Part shown: piece after piece, positions 9,244 through 19,107 of the stretch | Layout: each line of letters starts with the position of its first letter | How positions within the stretch are numbered: position 1 is the stretch's first letter | Notes under the pieces: generated by a model | Database searches by the model: none | Told to the model about the DNA's origin: nothing | Seen by the model: the letters and a program-made list of their open reading frames with translations, nothing else | Position numbers and translations under genes: made by a program | Assembly (NCBI GenBank): GCA_947628905.1 | Contig: CANRBQ010000004.1 | Span: forward strand, 1-48,813 | DNA: 48,813 bases | Reading direction: 5' to 3' | DNA from: an uncultured Bacilli bacterium | GTDB lineage: Bacteria; Bacillota_I; Bacilli_A; RF39; UBA660

Positions 9244-9705
9244 TTAAAAATTAATATTTTCTTCAAAAATATAAGCATAATTAACAACATTACCATCTAA
9301 TAAAGGTTCTACATCATAAGTAATTATATCTTGAATTATATAATCCAAAGCTATTGTAAAATAATAATAACCAGCTTTATTTTCTTGTTTAAATTCTGTT
9401 AATTTATAAGTTTTATCATTAATTAATATTTTAGATTTATTAATATCAACATTTTTATTAATACGCAATAAAATTCTAAAACTTTTATTTAAATTATATT
9501 GATTTTTTACTATTAATCTTTCTCCATTATCATTATGTTCTATCATAAAATCTAAATTATACTGATCAATATCAACTACTTTAGCATTACTTATTTTTTT
9601 ATCAAAATTATGCCAAACTGGTATTGATATAAAAACTAATCCTAAAACTACTAATATTTCAATTATTTTACCCTTTATTAGTTTATTAACTACTCGATCA
9701 ACCAA
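9244..9705 (-). CDS. hypothetical membrane-anchored protein
   Basis: TTG start after a GGGGG RBS; N-terminal TM helix. Confidence 0.6.
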   Translation of the reverse strand: MVDRVVNKLIKGKIIEILVVLGLVFISIPVWHNFDKKISNAKVVDIDQYNLDFMIEHNDNGERLIVKNQYNLNKSFRILLRINKNVDINKSKILINDKTYKLTEFKQENKAGYYYFTIALDYIIQDIITYDVEPLLDGNVVNYAYIFEENINF

Positions 9706-9792
9706 AACTTTTACCCCCTAAAATATACAATCATTTCCCCTGATATTTATGTATTATACCATAATCCTAATTTCCTGTCAAATTCATGTCAA

Positions 9793-12612
9793 TTACTTAA
9801 CCACAATATTAACTATTTTCCCTTTAATAACAATTATTTTAACTATATCTTTACCATCTGTATGTTTCTTAACATTTTCATTATTTAAAGCTTTATCTTT
9901 AATACTTTCCTCATCTTCATCTGCTTTAACAGTAATTTCTCCTCTAAGTTTTCCATTAACTTGTACTCCAATTGTAACTTCATCATCAACTGTTTTAGCT
10001 TCATCATATGTTGGCCAATCCATTGCCGCGATATGTTTAGTATAACCAATCTCTTCATTTAATTCTTCTGTAATATGTGGAGCAATTGGATTTAATAAAA
10101 CTAATAATGTTTGATAATCTTTTTTAGTTATTTCTTTTTTATCTTCATAATTATTTGCTAAAATCATCAAACTAGAAACTGCTGTATTATATTTCATTGT
10201 AGCTAAATCATTAGTTACTTTTTTTATTGTTTTATGAATAATATTTTCTAAATCTTTTGAATATTCTTCTTTATCATTAATCTTTTCTTTTAATTTAATT
10301 ACTCTATCTAAAAATCTTTTACAACCTTTAAGCCCTTCATTACTCCATGGAATATCTTTTTCATAATCTCCCATGAACATTTCAAATAGTCTTAAAGTAT
10401 CTGCTCCATATTTATTTACAACATCAACTGGATTAATTCCATTTCCTTTAGATTTACTTATTTTAGTTCCATCTTCCGCTAAAATCATTCCATGAGCAAC
10501 TCTCTTTTTAAATGGTTCTGGTGTAGGTACTAATCCTTGATCATAAAGGAATTGATGCCAAAATCTTGCATAAAGTAAATGTCTTGTTGCATGTTCCATT
10601 CCCCCATTATAATAATCTACCATTCCCCAATACTTAAGAGCATCTTGCCCCACAAATTCTTTATCATTATGAGGATCCATATAGCGTAGCCAGTACCAAC
10701 TAGAACCAGCCCAGTTAGGCATTGTATCAGTCTCTCTTTTGGCCATTTTACCACACTTAGGACAAGGAGTATTAACCCATTCTGAAATATTGGCAAGTGG
10801 TGATTCTCCTGTATCTGTTGGTTCATAATGAGCAACTTTAGGAAGTAAAACTGGAAGTTCTTCTTCTGGTACAGGAACCCAACCACAATCTTCACAATAA
10901 ATCATTGGAATAGGTTCACCCCAGAATCTTTGTCTTGAAAATATCCAATCTTGTAAACGATAATTAACTGTTTTTTTACCAACTTTTTTCTCTTCTAAAA
11001 ATTCAAGCATTCTTTTAATAGCGGCTTCTTTATTAAGACCATTTAAGAAATCTGAATTAATATGAATGCCATCTCCCACCATAGCTCCAGGATTTAAAGC
11101 ATACATAAATGTTTTAGAGTGTAGTTCATCCTTAATTTCTTCTAAAATTGTTTTTTTATCTACCCATTCACAATCAAATTTTTCATCTGCATCTAAAGAC
11201 TGCGAATCTTGTTCATAATTATCTAATTCAAAATATAAACCTGTAGAATTAATATTAAAATATTTATCTTTATTATAAGCATAATAATGATGATTAATAA
11301 TTGGTAAAGTATATTTTAATGTTAAATTCTTATAACCCGTTTCTTCTTTTATTTCTCTAAGAGCACAATCTAATGGACTTTCATTTTCTTTAATTGTTCC
11401 TCCTACAAATAAACGTCCTCCTAATTCATGCCAATTAATAGTTAAATACTTATTTTCTTTTTTATCATAAACAATAGCAACGATAGAATTTTTCTTAACT
11501 TCATCTTTATTAGGAGTACCAGTTTCTTCTGCTAAAACCTGAATAATAGGTATATTAAATTTCTTAGCAAAAGCATAATCTCTCTCATCATGGGCAGGAA
11601 CTGCCATGATTGCTCCAGTTCCATAAGAAGCTAAAACATAATCACTTATATATATTGGTATTTCTTCATTATTAACTGGATTTATTGCTACTAAACCTTC
11701 TAATTTAACTCCAGTTTTATCTTTTGTTACATCAGTTCTTTCTATTTCACTTTTTTGTCTTGCAGCTTCTTGATAAGATTCTACTTCTGAAATATTTTTA
11801 ATTCTATCTTTATATTTTGTAAGAAAATCATGTTCTGGTGACATAACCATAAAAGTTACTCCAAATAAAGTATCACATCTCGTAGTAAATACTTTTAATA
11901 CATCATCAGTATCTTTAAGTTTAAAATCTACTTCAGCCCCAATACTTTTACCTATCCAATTTATTTGAGCTGTTTTAATTTTTTCTTCAAACTCTGTATC
12001 TTTAAGCCCATCAAGTAATCTATCTGCATAATCACTCATTCGTAAAATCCACTGTGATTTTAACTTTTTAGTTACAACTGAACCACATCTCTCACAAACT
12101 CCTCCTGCAGCATCTTCATTAGAAAGTCCTGTTCTACAATTAGGACACCAATTTATTTCTTTTAAAGCTTTATAAGCCATTCCCTTTTTTACAAATTGTA
12201 AAAACTGCCACTGTGTCCATTTATAATATTCTGGATCTGTTGTTGCAAACTCTCTTGACCAATCAAAAGACATACCTAAAGCCTCAATTTGTCCTTTAAA
12301 AGTTTTAATATTTTCCTTTACAGCATCTGCTGGATATATATGATTTTTTATCGCATATTGTTCTGCTGGAGCCCCAAAAGCATCCCATCCCATTGGAAAT
12401 AAAACATTATACCCTTGTAAACGTTTCATTCTAGCCATTGCATCTAATGCTGAATAACTTCTAACATGCCCCACATGTAAACCTGATCCACTTGGATAAG
12501 GAAATTCTACTAATATATAATATTTTTCTTTATTCCCCCCATTTTTAGCTTCAAAATAATGGTTATCAGCCCATATTTTTTGCCATTTTTTTTCTACTTC
12601 TTTTGTATTCAT
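9793..12612 (-). CDS. leuS: leucyl-tRNA synthetase with inserted Nudix domain
   Basis: FPYPSGSGLHVGH, GWDAFG, FTTRCDTLFG, GTGAIMAVPAHDERD, DWIFSRQRFWGEPIP, KISKSKGN. Confidence 0.98.
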   Translation of the reverse strand: MNTKEVEKKWQKIWADNHYFEAKNGGNKEKYYILVEFPYPSGSGLHVGHVRSYSALDAMARMKRLQGYNVLFPMGWDAFGAPAEQYAIKNHIYPADAVKENIKTFKGQIEALGMSFDWSREFATTDPEYYKWTQWQFLQFVKKGMAYKALKEINWCPNCRTGLSNEDAAGGVCERCGSVVTKKLKSQWILRMSDYADRLLDGLKDTEFEEKIKTAQINWIGKSIGAEVDFKLKDTDDVLKVFTTRCDTLFGVTFMVMSPEHDFLTKYKDRIKNISEVESYQEAARQKSEIERTDVTKDKTGVKLEGLVAINPVNNEEIPIYISDYVLASYGTGAIMAVPAHDERDYAFAKKFNIPIIQVLAEETGTPNKDEVKKNSIVAIVYDKKENKYLTINWHELGGRLFVGGTIKENESPLDCALREIKEETGYKNLTLKYTLPIINHHYYAYNKDKYFNINSTGLYFELDNYEQDSQSLDADEKFDCEWVDKKTILEEIKDELHSKTFMYALNPGAMVGDGIHINSDFLNGLNKEAAIKRMLEFLEEKKVGKKTVNYRLQDWIFSRQRFWGEPIPMIYCEDCGWVPVPEEELPVLLPKVAHYEPTDTGESPLANISEWVNTPCPKCGKMAKRETDTMPNWAGSSWYWLRYMDPHNDKEFVGQDALKYWGMVDYYNGGMEHATRHLLYARFWHQFLYDQGLVPTPEPFKKRVAHGMILAEDGTKISKSKGNGINPVDVVNKYGADTLRLFEMFMGDYEKDIPWSNEGLKGCKRFLDRVIKLKEKINDKEEYSKDLENIIHKTIKKVTNDLATMKYNTAVSSLMILANNYEDKKEITKKDYQTLLVLLNPIAPHITEELNEEIGYTKHIAAMDWPTYDEAKTVDDEVTIGVQVNGKLRGEITVKADEDEESIKDKALNNENVKKHTDGKDIVKIIVIKGKIVNIVVK

Positions 12613-13007
12613 TATTTTTTCTCCTCCAATTTTTTTAAATGTCTTCCATATAATTCATATAAAGAATAAATTAAACTAAATAATAGAACAAACGCTATTA
12701 AAAGTTGAAATACTATTGGTATATTAAGTATCATAACTATACTTGATACAAACGATATAATAAAACTATTAATAATGGCAATCCAAAATATTGCTCTATC
12801 TTTATTTAATTTTTTCTCTTTTAACTTAAATTTAAAAATTAAATAATCTAATTCACTAATAGGTTTAACTTTCTTCTTTTTTCCTTTTTTATTTTTTCCC
12901 TTATTATTTAATAACTTTAACTTTCTTTTATTAATTAAATAATAATCAACCAAAAAAATAACCAGCATTAAACCTAAAAACAAATATAAATTCTTTAAAT
13001 AATCCAT
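12612..13007 (-). CDS. small membrane protein, first gene of the T-box/leuS operon
   Basis: Three hydrophobic segments; GGAGG RBS; TAATG overlap with leuS. Confidence 0.7.
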   Translation of the reverse strand: MDYLKNLYLFLGLMLVIFLVDYYLINKRKLKLLNNKGKNKKGKKKKVKPISELDYLIFKFKLKEKKLNKDRAIFWIAIINSFIISFVSSIVMILNIPIVFQLLIAFVLLFSLIYSLYELYGRHLKKLEEKK

Positions 13008-13024
13008 ACAACTCCTCCTTTAAA

Positions 13025-13205
13025 CTAAAAAAAGGTCATACCTAAGGGCGAAAATTCCGCGGTACCACCTTTATTTCTATCTTTATAATCCTATATAGGA
13101 GATTACCCCTAATACTCTAAAAAGCAAGTTCATAATCATTTATTACTTGTTTACACCAACCACAAGTTCTCTCTAAATAAATTAACTATTACTACTCTTT
13201 TCTTC
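13025..13205 (-). promoter_or_regulatory. T-box riboswitch (Leu, specifier probably CUU)
   Basis: Minus strand: AGAGA...GGTTGGTGTAAAC...GAACTTGC...AAGGTGGTACCGCG-GAATTTT-CGCCCTT then a U tract. Confidence 0.9.
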
Positions 13206-13225
13206 CACGTATTTCCTATATTCTA

Positions 13226-15631
13226 CTAAATTTCTGAAACATATTCAAGTAGTTTTATAAACATTCGAATAAAAATATCTTTTAAACCCTGTTTTTTAAG
13301 TTTCCTTATTTCTATTCTCTTTTTATTAACTTCCATATTACTAAACATAATTGCAGCTATTTTTTCTTTTAAATTAGTATTTATTTTAGCATCACTTATA
13401 ATTGAATTAATATCTTCATTAATAAGTCTTACGGCATCTATTTCAATATCTTTTCCTTTACAATTAATAGTTAATTGACAAGTAGTAGGAATCTTTTTTA
13501 CTTCTACAATAAAATCTACATCATCAGCATAAGATTCTAAAGGTATCTCTTCCCCATTAATATATGCTTTAACATCTTCTGCTTCTCTTGTATTTCTAAA
13601 TCTTATCTTGTAATTGCGCATTTTAGGAATAATACCCGCTTTACCTTCAATTGGTCTAATAATTAAAGTATAGTTATTCGCCAGATAATTATAATCTATC
13701 GCTGTTACTATATAATAACCTTCTTCTTGTAAATTAGAATAACCATCATCTTCATACAATTTATAAATATTACTACGCCCTGGAAAAACATGTATTTCCA
13801 TCGAAACAGGTGGATTAGTATCATTAATATTTTTAGGTAATATTGCAAGAGGAATAATCGCTCCACTTTTAGCAAAAACTGGATAATCATCTTCTTTATA
13901 AAACGCTACATATCTTCTATTACCAGGAAATTTTTTACCAGTTTTAAAATCATACCAAGTTCCTTTTGGTAAAAATATATGTTCAACACATCTATTCATA
14001 ACATTATCTTGTTTTTTAGTAATTGGTTTAACTAAAAATTCACTTCCAAAATAATACTCATTTTTATATGCTGGTTCATCATATATTTCTGGATAACTAT
14101 AATATAAAGGTTGCACTAAAGGAAGACCTGTTTTATGATATTTATAATTTTCTGTATATAGATATGGGATTAATCTATGTCTTAAATTACAATAAAATTT
14201 AGCAATAGTATAAGTTTTTACATCCCATACCCAAGGTTCTCTTTTATAATAATGTCCTCGCTCAGATGCAAACCTAAATATTGGACTAAAACAACCAAAC
14301 TCTACATATCTTGAATAAAGTTCACTATCTTCCATACCCCCTTTAAATCCTCCAATATCATGACTCCACCAAGAAAGTCCTATATTAGATGCACTAGAAT
14401 TAAAAGATGGTAAATAATTTAAAGTATCCCAACTAACTTCTGTTTGTCCCGAATAATGTATTCCATTTAAATGAGAAGCTACCCCAGATGCTCTACTAAT
14501 TAAATTAGCTCTCTTTCTATTATCTTTTTTATAATTCCAAAAATGATAATGATTTAAAGCTTTTAAACTAGTTAAATCTTTTCGATAATCTATCCAATAA
14601 AAATCAATTCCTAAACTATCTAATGGTTTAATTAAATGATTAAAATAAACTGCAATAAAAGTCTTATCAAAAGCATTAAAAGGGATATTTCTAGTATTAA
14701 TTAAACCTAATTCTGTAGCAATTGTTTTAAACTTTTCTTCATGTTCCCCAATTCCTTCTACAGGATCAATATTAAGACCTACTCTAACTCCTCTTTCATG
14801 CATATAAGTTGTAAATTCATAAGGATCAGGAAATAAATCTTTAGCAAAAGTAAAACCAGTCTTATGTTTATTAAGATCTCTTTTATCTTTTAAATGCCAA
14901 AATTCATTTAATAAAAATACAGATATAGGTATCTCATGAATATTAAAAGCTTGTAATAACTTTTGACTATCTTTAAAAGAATAAATAACATCTCTATTCC
15001 ACCAAATACCTAAAGCATATCTTGGAATTAAAGGTGGATAACCAGTTAAAGTAAAATAATCTCTTAAACATAAACCAAAATCTCTTCTATAAATAAATAG
15101 ATATGTATCAATTCTTTTAGCAGTTGGTTTAACTAAAAAACCATCTTCCATATAAACTAAACTTTTAGAGTCATCAACTGATGCAAAACCATCTGTTGAA
15201 TATAATCCTTTATCTAAAGCCCCTCTTATTCCTTTATCTAAAGATACTTTTGTTCCTCCAAAATTACGAGCTTCTGGATGATTAAAATACCAAATTTTAT
15301 CACTATTCATAAGCCCAACTTTTAAATAACTATCAGGTGCATATTTAGGTCCTAAAAAAGGTTTTTCTTTAACATATTGTAAAACAAAATATTTAGTTTG
15401 AATAACTAACATTTTTTCATTTTCTTCAACTTGAAATTCTGGCACAGGAAAATTACGGAATCTAGCAAATTCCGTTGGATGATCAAAAAAATTACCATTA
15501 AGATCATATTCCAAGCGAATAAGTCTTTCTGTCAAAATTGTAATACGATATTTACTTCCCTTAAATACTGCTTTACTTTGACTCATGGCATTATTATAAT
15601 CAATTTTAAAATGAGCTTCTAACTGTGCCAC
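13226..15631 (-). CDS. glycoside hydrolase family 31 protein (acid/base Asp apparently replaced by Gln)
   Basis: PPLIPRYALGIWW, GIDFYWIDY, WWSHDIGGF, RYVEFGCFSPIFR, LRHRLIPYLYT, EYYFGSEFLV. Confidence 0.88.
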   Translation of the reverse strand: MAQLEAHFKIDYNNAMSQSKAVFKGSKYRITILTERLIRLEYDLNGNFFDHPTEFARFRNFPVPEFQVEENEKMLVIQTKYFVLQYVKEKPFLGPKYAPDSYLKVGLMNSDKIWYFNHPEARNFGGTKVSLDKGIRGALDKGLYSTDGFASVDDSKSLVYMEDGFLVKPTAKRIDTYLFIYRRDFGLCLRDYFTLTGYPPLIPRYALGIWWNRDVIYSFKDSQKLLQAFNIHEIPISVFLLNEFWHLKDKRDLNKHKTGFTFAKDLFPDPYEFTTYMHERGVRVGLNIDPVEGIGEHEEKFKTIATELGLINTRNIPFNAFDKTFIAVYFNHLIKPLDSLGIDFYWIDYRKDLTSLKALNHYHFWNYKKDNRKRANLISRASGVASHLNGIHYSGQTEVSWDTLNYLPSFNSSASNIGLSWWSHDIGGFKGGMEDSELYSRYVEFGCFSPIFRFASERGHYYKREPWVWDVKTYTIAKFYCNLRHRLIPYLYTENYKYHKTGLPLVQPLYYSYPEIYDEPAYKNEYYFGSEFLVKPITKKQDNVMNRCVEHIFLPKGTWYDFKTGKKFPGNRRYVAFYKEDDYPVFAKSGAIIPLAILPKNINDTNPPVSMEIHVFPGRSNIYKLYEDDGYSNLQEEGYYIVTAIDYNYLANNYTLIIRPIEGKAGIIPKMRNYKIRFRNTREAEDVKAYINGEEIPLESYADDVDFIVEVKKIPTTCQLTINCKGKDIEIDAVRLINEDINSIISDAKINTNLKEKIAAIMFSNMEVNKKRIEIRKLKKQGLKDIFIRMFIKLLEYVSEI

Positions 15632-15727
15632 ACCTATTCTCTCCCTTTATAACTATAATCATATCACAAAATACATATCAAAACAATCATTTATTTTGAG
15701 TTTCAATTTTTATTTTAAGTATAACAT

Positions 15728-17722
15728 CTATAATAATATATTTATAATTAAACATAAAATAATACCCACCAATAAAGGTAATATAAAAGCAACTAAAGTA
15801 TAATATAAACTACCTGTTTCTTTTTTAATTGTAAGCATCGTTGTTGAACAAGGATAATGAAATAACATTAATATAATAAAACATATTGCCGTTTTAATAG
15901 TCCAACCATTTATTACCAAAATATTTTTTAAAGCTTCTAAATTACTAAAATTTGTAAGAGTACTAGTTTTCAAATATCCCATAAGCATTACTGGTACTAC
16001 AATTTCATTTGCCGGGAATCCAAGAATTAAAGCTAAAATCATAACTCCATCTAATCCTAAAATTAACCCTATAGGATTTAAAAAGTTTATTAAATGTTCC
16101 ATAATAGATAATCCCTTAATATTAACATTTGCTACTATCCAAATAATAAATCCTGCAAATATAGCTACTTTTATAGCTCTTATTAAAACAAAAATAGCTT
16201 TATTTTTAACACTATCAATAATAGTTTCTAATATTTTAGGAACTCTATAAGGAGGTAATTCTAAAGTAAAACTTGAAGCTTCTCCCTTAAGTATTGTTTT
16301 AGACAAAATATAACTAATTAAAAAAGTAACAACTATCCCTAAAAATATAAAACCTGTAAGTATCAATGCGCAAATTAAACTTCCATACATATTTTTTATC
16401 CCTACCATAAACATTGTTATTATCGCAATTATTGTTGGAAATTTACCATTACAAGGCATAAATACATTAGTTAAAATAGCAATAATTCTTTCTCTTTTAG
16501 AATCTATTATTCTTGCCCCTGTTACACCCACTGCATTACAACCAATTCCCATACACATTGTAAGTGCCTGCTTTCCACAAGCATTACATTTACTAAAAGC
16601 TTTATCCATATTAAATGCAATTCTAGGCAGTACTCCTAAATCTTCTAAAAAACTAAATAAAGGAAAAAAAATTAACATTGGAGGCATCATAACAGAGATA
16701 ACCCAATAAAGTGTTTTATAAACTCCATTAACTAATAAATCACTTATAACCGCCGGAATATGAAAGAAATTTAAACCATTAATTATATTATCTTCTAAAC
16801 TCTGAAAAAAATTAAAAAGAATATCAGATGGATAATTAGCTCCAATAATAGTAATATAAAATAAAACAAAAAGCATAAATAACATAATAGGAATTCCCCA
16901 TATTTTACTAGTAAGTATTTTATCTATTTTTCTTTCTTTATTAAAGTTATTATTATTTCTTATTACAACTCCTTTCAATTTATCTTTAACTTCTTTTTTA
17001 ATTTTAATAACTATTTCCAGTGATATATCAACATTATTAAGTTCTTCTCTTATTTTTTCTTCTAAATTCTTCTCTAATTTAATATTATCTTTAAACATAT
17101 CTCTATAATGTTTATTATTTTCTAAAACTCTTAAACTAAGCCATTTTTTATTTCCCTCATAATCAATATTATTTTCAATCATTTTAATATATTTATTTAA
17201 AATACCATAATTAATATCTAAATAGTTTTGTTCTTGCGCATTTTCTATTTTCTCTAATAATAAGTCTAAACCAACATTATCTCGAGCACTAGTAACCGCA
17301 ACTCCTATCCCCAAATTATTACTTAATAAATCTGAATTAATACTTATTCCTTTTTTTCTTGCTTCATCAATCAAATTTACACACAAAACAACTTTTTTAA
17401 CAATCTCCTGGACCTGTAAAACTAAAGTTATTCCTTTTTCTAAACTTGTCGCATCACATACTACTACTGCTACATCAAAATCTTCCTGAACTATAAAATC
17501 TGTTGCCACCACTTCCTCTTTAGATTTCGAAATAATAGAATAAGTTCCAGGTAAATCATAAAAAATAAACTTAGTCTTATTTCTAACACATTCCCCTTTT
17601 GTAAACTCTACCGTCTTACCTGCCCAATTACCTGTATGAACATGATTATTAGTTAAAATATTATACAAAGATGACTTTCCAACATTTGGTGTACCTATTA
17701 AAGCAACTTTAATCTCTTTCAT
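15728..17722 (-). CDS. feoB: ferrous iron transporter B
   Basis: GTPNVGKSSL, GNWAGKTVE, DLPGTYS, GIGCNAVG, PCNGKFP; likely start ATG at 17722. Confidence 0.95.
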   Translation of the reverse strand: MKEIKVALIGTPNVGKSSLYNILTNNHVHTGNWAGKTVEFTKGECVRNKTKFIFYDLPGTYSIISKSKEEVVATDFIVQEDFDVAVVVCDATSLEKGITLVLQVQEIVKKVVLCVNLIDEARKKGISINSDLLSNNLGIGVAVTSARDNVGLDLLLEKIENAQEQNYLDINYGILNKYIKMIENNIDYEGNKKWLSLRVLENNKHYRDMFKDNIKLEKNLEEKIREELNNVDISLEIVIKIKKEVKDKLKGVVIRNNNNFNKERKIDKILTSKIWGIPIMLFMLFVLFYITIIGANYPSDILFNFFQSLEDNIINGLNFFHIPAVISDLLVNGVYKTLYWVISVMMPPMLIFFPLFSFLEDLGVLPRIAFNMDKAFSKCNACGKQALTMCMGIGCNAVGVTGARIIDSKRERIIAILTNVFMPCNGKFPTIIAIITMFMVGIKNMYGSLICALILTGFIFLGIVVTFLISYILSKTILKGEASSFTLELPPYRVPKILETIIDSVKNKAIFVLIRAIKVAIFAGFIIWIVANVNIKGLSIMEHLINFLNPIGLILGLDGVMILALILGFPANEIVVPVMLMGYLKTSTLTNFSNLEALKNILVINGWTIKTAICFIILMLFHYPCSTTMLTIKKETGSLYYTLVAFILPLLVGIILCLIINILL

Positions 17723-17945
17723 ATAATACCTCAATATTTCTAGCATCAACATCTCTTATTGCAATAATATTATTATTAATTAAATAAGCTTTAGGATCTT
17801 TAAAAGGACTAATTAAAACACATTTAGTAACTTCTCCTGGGATAAAACCCAAATCTAAAAATCTTCTTTTAATATCTTCTTTCCCCATCACTCTTTCTAT
17901 TAAAACTTGTTCATCTTTTTTAATTTTATCTAAAGTAATTGTCAT
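17709..17945 (-). CDS. feoA: ferrous iron transport protein A
   Basis: RRFLDLGFIPG, SPFKDPKAY, IAIR; directly upstream of feoB. Confidence 0.92.
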   Translation of the reverse strand: MTITLDKIKKDEQVLIERVMGKEDIKRRFLDLGFIPGEVTKCVLISPFKDPKAYLINNNIIAIRDVDARNIEVLYERD

Positions 17946-17973
17946 TTTTTCTAACTCCTTTAATATATAATTA

Positions 17974-17991
17974 TTAGTTTCCCTAAACTAA
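17974..17991. promoter_or_regulatory. putative DtxR-family operator
   Basis: TTAGTTT-CCCT-AAACTAA perfect 7-bp inverted repeat between divergent feoA and the regulator; resembles the TTAGGTT..AACCTAA DtxR-type box. Confidence 0.6.
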
Positions 17992-18030
17992 CAACTACTT
18001 TAATATATGTAAAATAAAAGGATATGTTAT

Positions 18031-18435
18031 ATGAAAAATGATTTTTATACTTTAACAACTTATTTACACAATCAAAACTTTATTACTTATGCTATGGAAG
18101 ATTATATTGAAATGCTTTATCGAACTAATATTAATAATGAAACTTTAAATATCACTAAATTAAGTAATTTACTTCATATCAAAAAATCATCTTGCAGTAA
18201 GATGATTACTAAACTAAAAAATCTAAATATTATCAACCCAGATAAATTAATATTAACTAATAAAGGCCTTAAAATTGGTAAATATCTTTACAAAAGACAT
18301 GAAATATTAACTATATTCTTACAAAAACTTAATAAAAAGGATTTTACTTTAGAACAAGTTGAAAAAATAGAACACTTTATTGACCCTCTAACTCTTAAAA
18401 ATATTCAAAAGTTAATTACCAATAAACTTAATTAA
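18031..18435 (+). CDS. DtxR/MntR-family metal-dependent regulator
   Basis: MEDYIEMLY, SCSKMITKL, YKRHEILTIFL, VEKIEH. Confidence 0.88.
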   Translation: MKNDFYTLTTYLHNQNFITYAMEDYIEMLYRTNINNETLNITKLSNLLHIKKSSCSKMITKLKNLNIINPDKLILTNKGLKIGKYLYKRHEILTIFLQKLNKKDFTLEQVEKIEHFIDPLTLKNIQKLITNKLN

Positions 18436-19107
18436 AACTGGTGCAAGTATTATTAAAAGCATAATAGGAACAAAAAATAATACACTTATTACACTTACTT
18501 TTGTTGGTAATTTAGCAATTTCCGCTTTAACATCTAATAGTTGTTTATTTCTTAAAAAATCAATTTGATTATACATTGATTTAGTTATACTAGTTCCATA
18601 AGTATTAGCCTGTATCATATTTAATATTGCATTATTTATAACTTCACTAGGAATTCTTTTTCTCATCGCTTCCAATGCTTCATTTAAGCTTTTACCTAAA
18701 TGTACTTCCTGTAAAGTTTCTTTAAATTCCCAAGAAAGTTCTGAATCAACATTAGCTACAGTTAAATTAATCGCATGTTCTAAATTTCTTCCTCCCTCTA
18801 ATGTTAAAACTAAAACCTCCATAAAGAAAAGTGCTTCTTTTTCTAACTTTTTAGCTCTTTTTTTAATTTCATAATCTAAATACTTATCCATTCCTAAATA
18901 AACAAGAAGAGTCATAATTGGAGCTATAATAAACCCATATTTAAATATTACTAAACTTAAAATAAATACTGTTACACATAAAACTAATCGCATATTTAAG
19001 AAAAAATATACTGAATAATTAAAACTAGCCCCCAATAACTTTATTTTATTTTCTATTCTTTTGATTGTTGATTTAGGATAAAATCTTGCCCAAACACTAT
19101 TTATCAT
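18412..19107 (-). CDS. tadC: Tad pilus assembly protein TadC-like (T2SS F domain)
   Basis: GKSLNEALEAMRKRI, AKLPTKVSVISVLFFVP; last gene of the tad operon. Confidence 0.82.
   Translation of the reverse strand: MINSVWARFYPKSTIKRIENKIKLLGASFNYSVYFFLNMRLVLCVTVFILSLVIFKYGFIIAPIMTLLVYLGMDKYLDYEIKKRAKKLEKEALFFMEVLVLTLEGGRNLEHAINLTVANVDSELSWEFKETLQEVHLGKSLNEALEAMRKRIPSEVINNAILNMIQANTYGTSITKSMYNQIDFLRNKQLLDVKAEIAKLPTKVSVISVLFFVPIMLLIILAPVLIKFIGN

Noticed and set aside
9749-10895. ORFs 9749..10045 (+) and 10617..10895 (-)
   Set aside because: Shadow or alternate-frame ORFs inside leuS.
13708-15622. ORFs 13708..13890 and 15431..15622
   Set aside because: Lie within the GH31 gene; no independent evidence.
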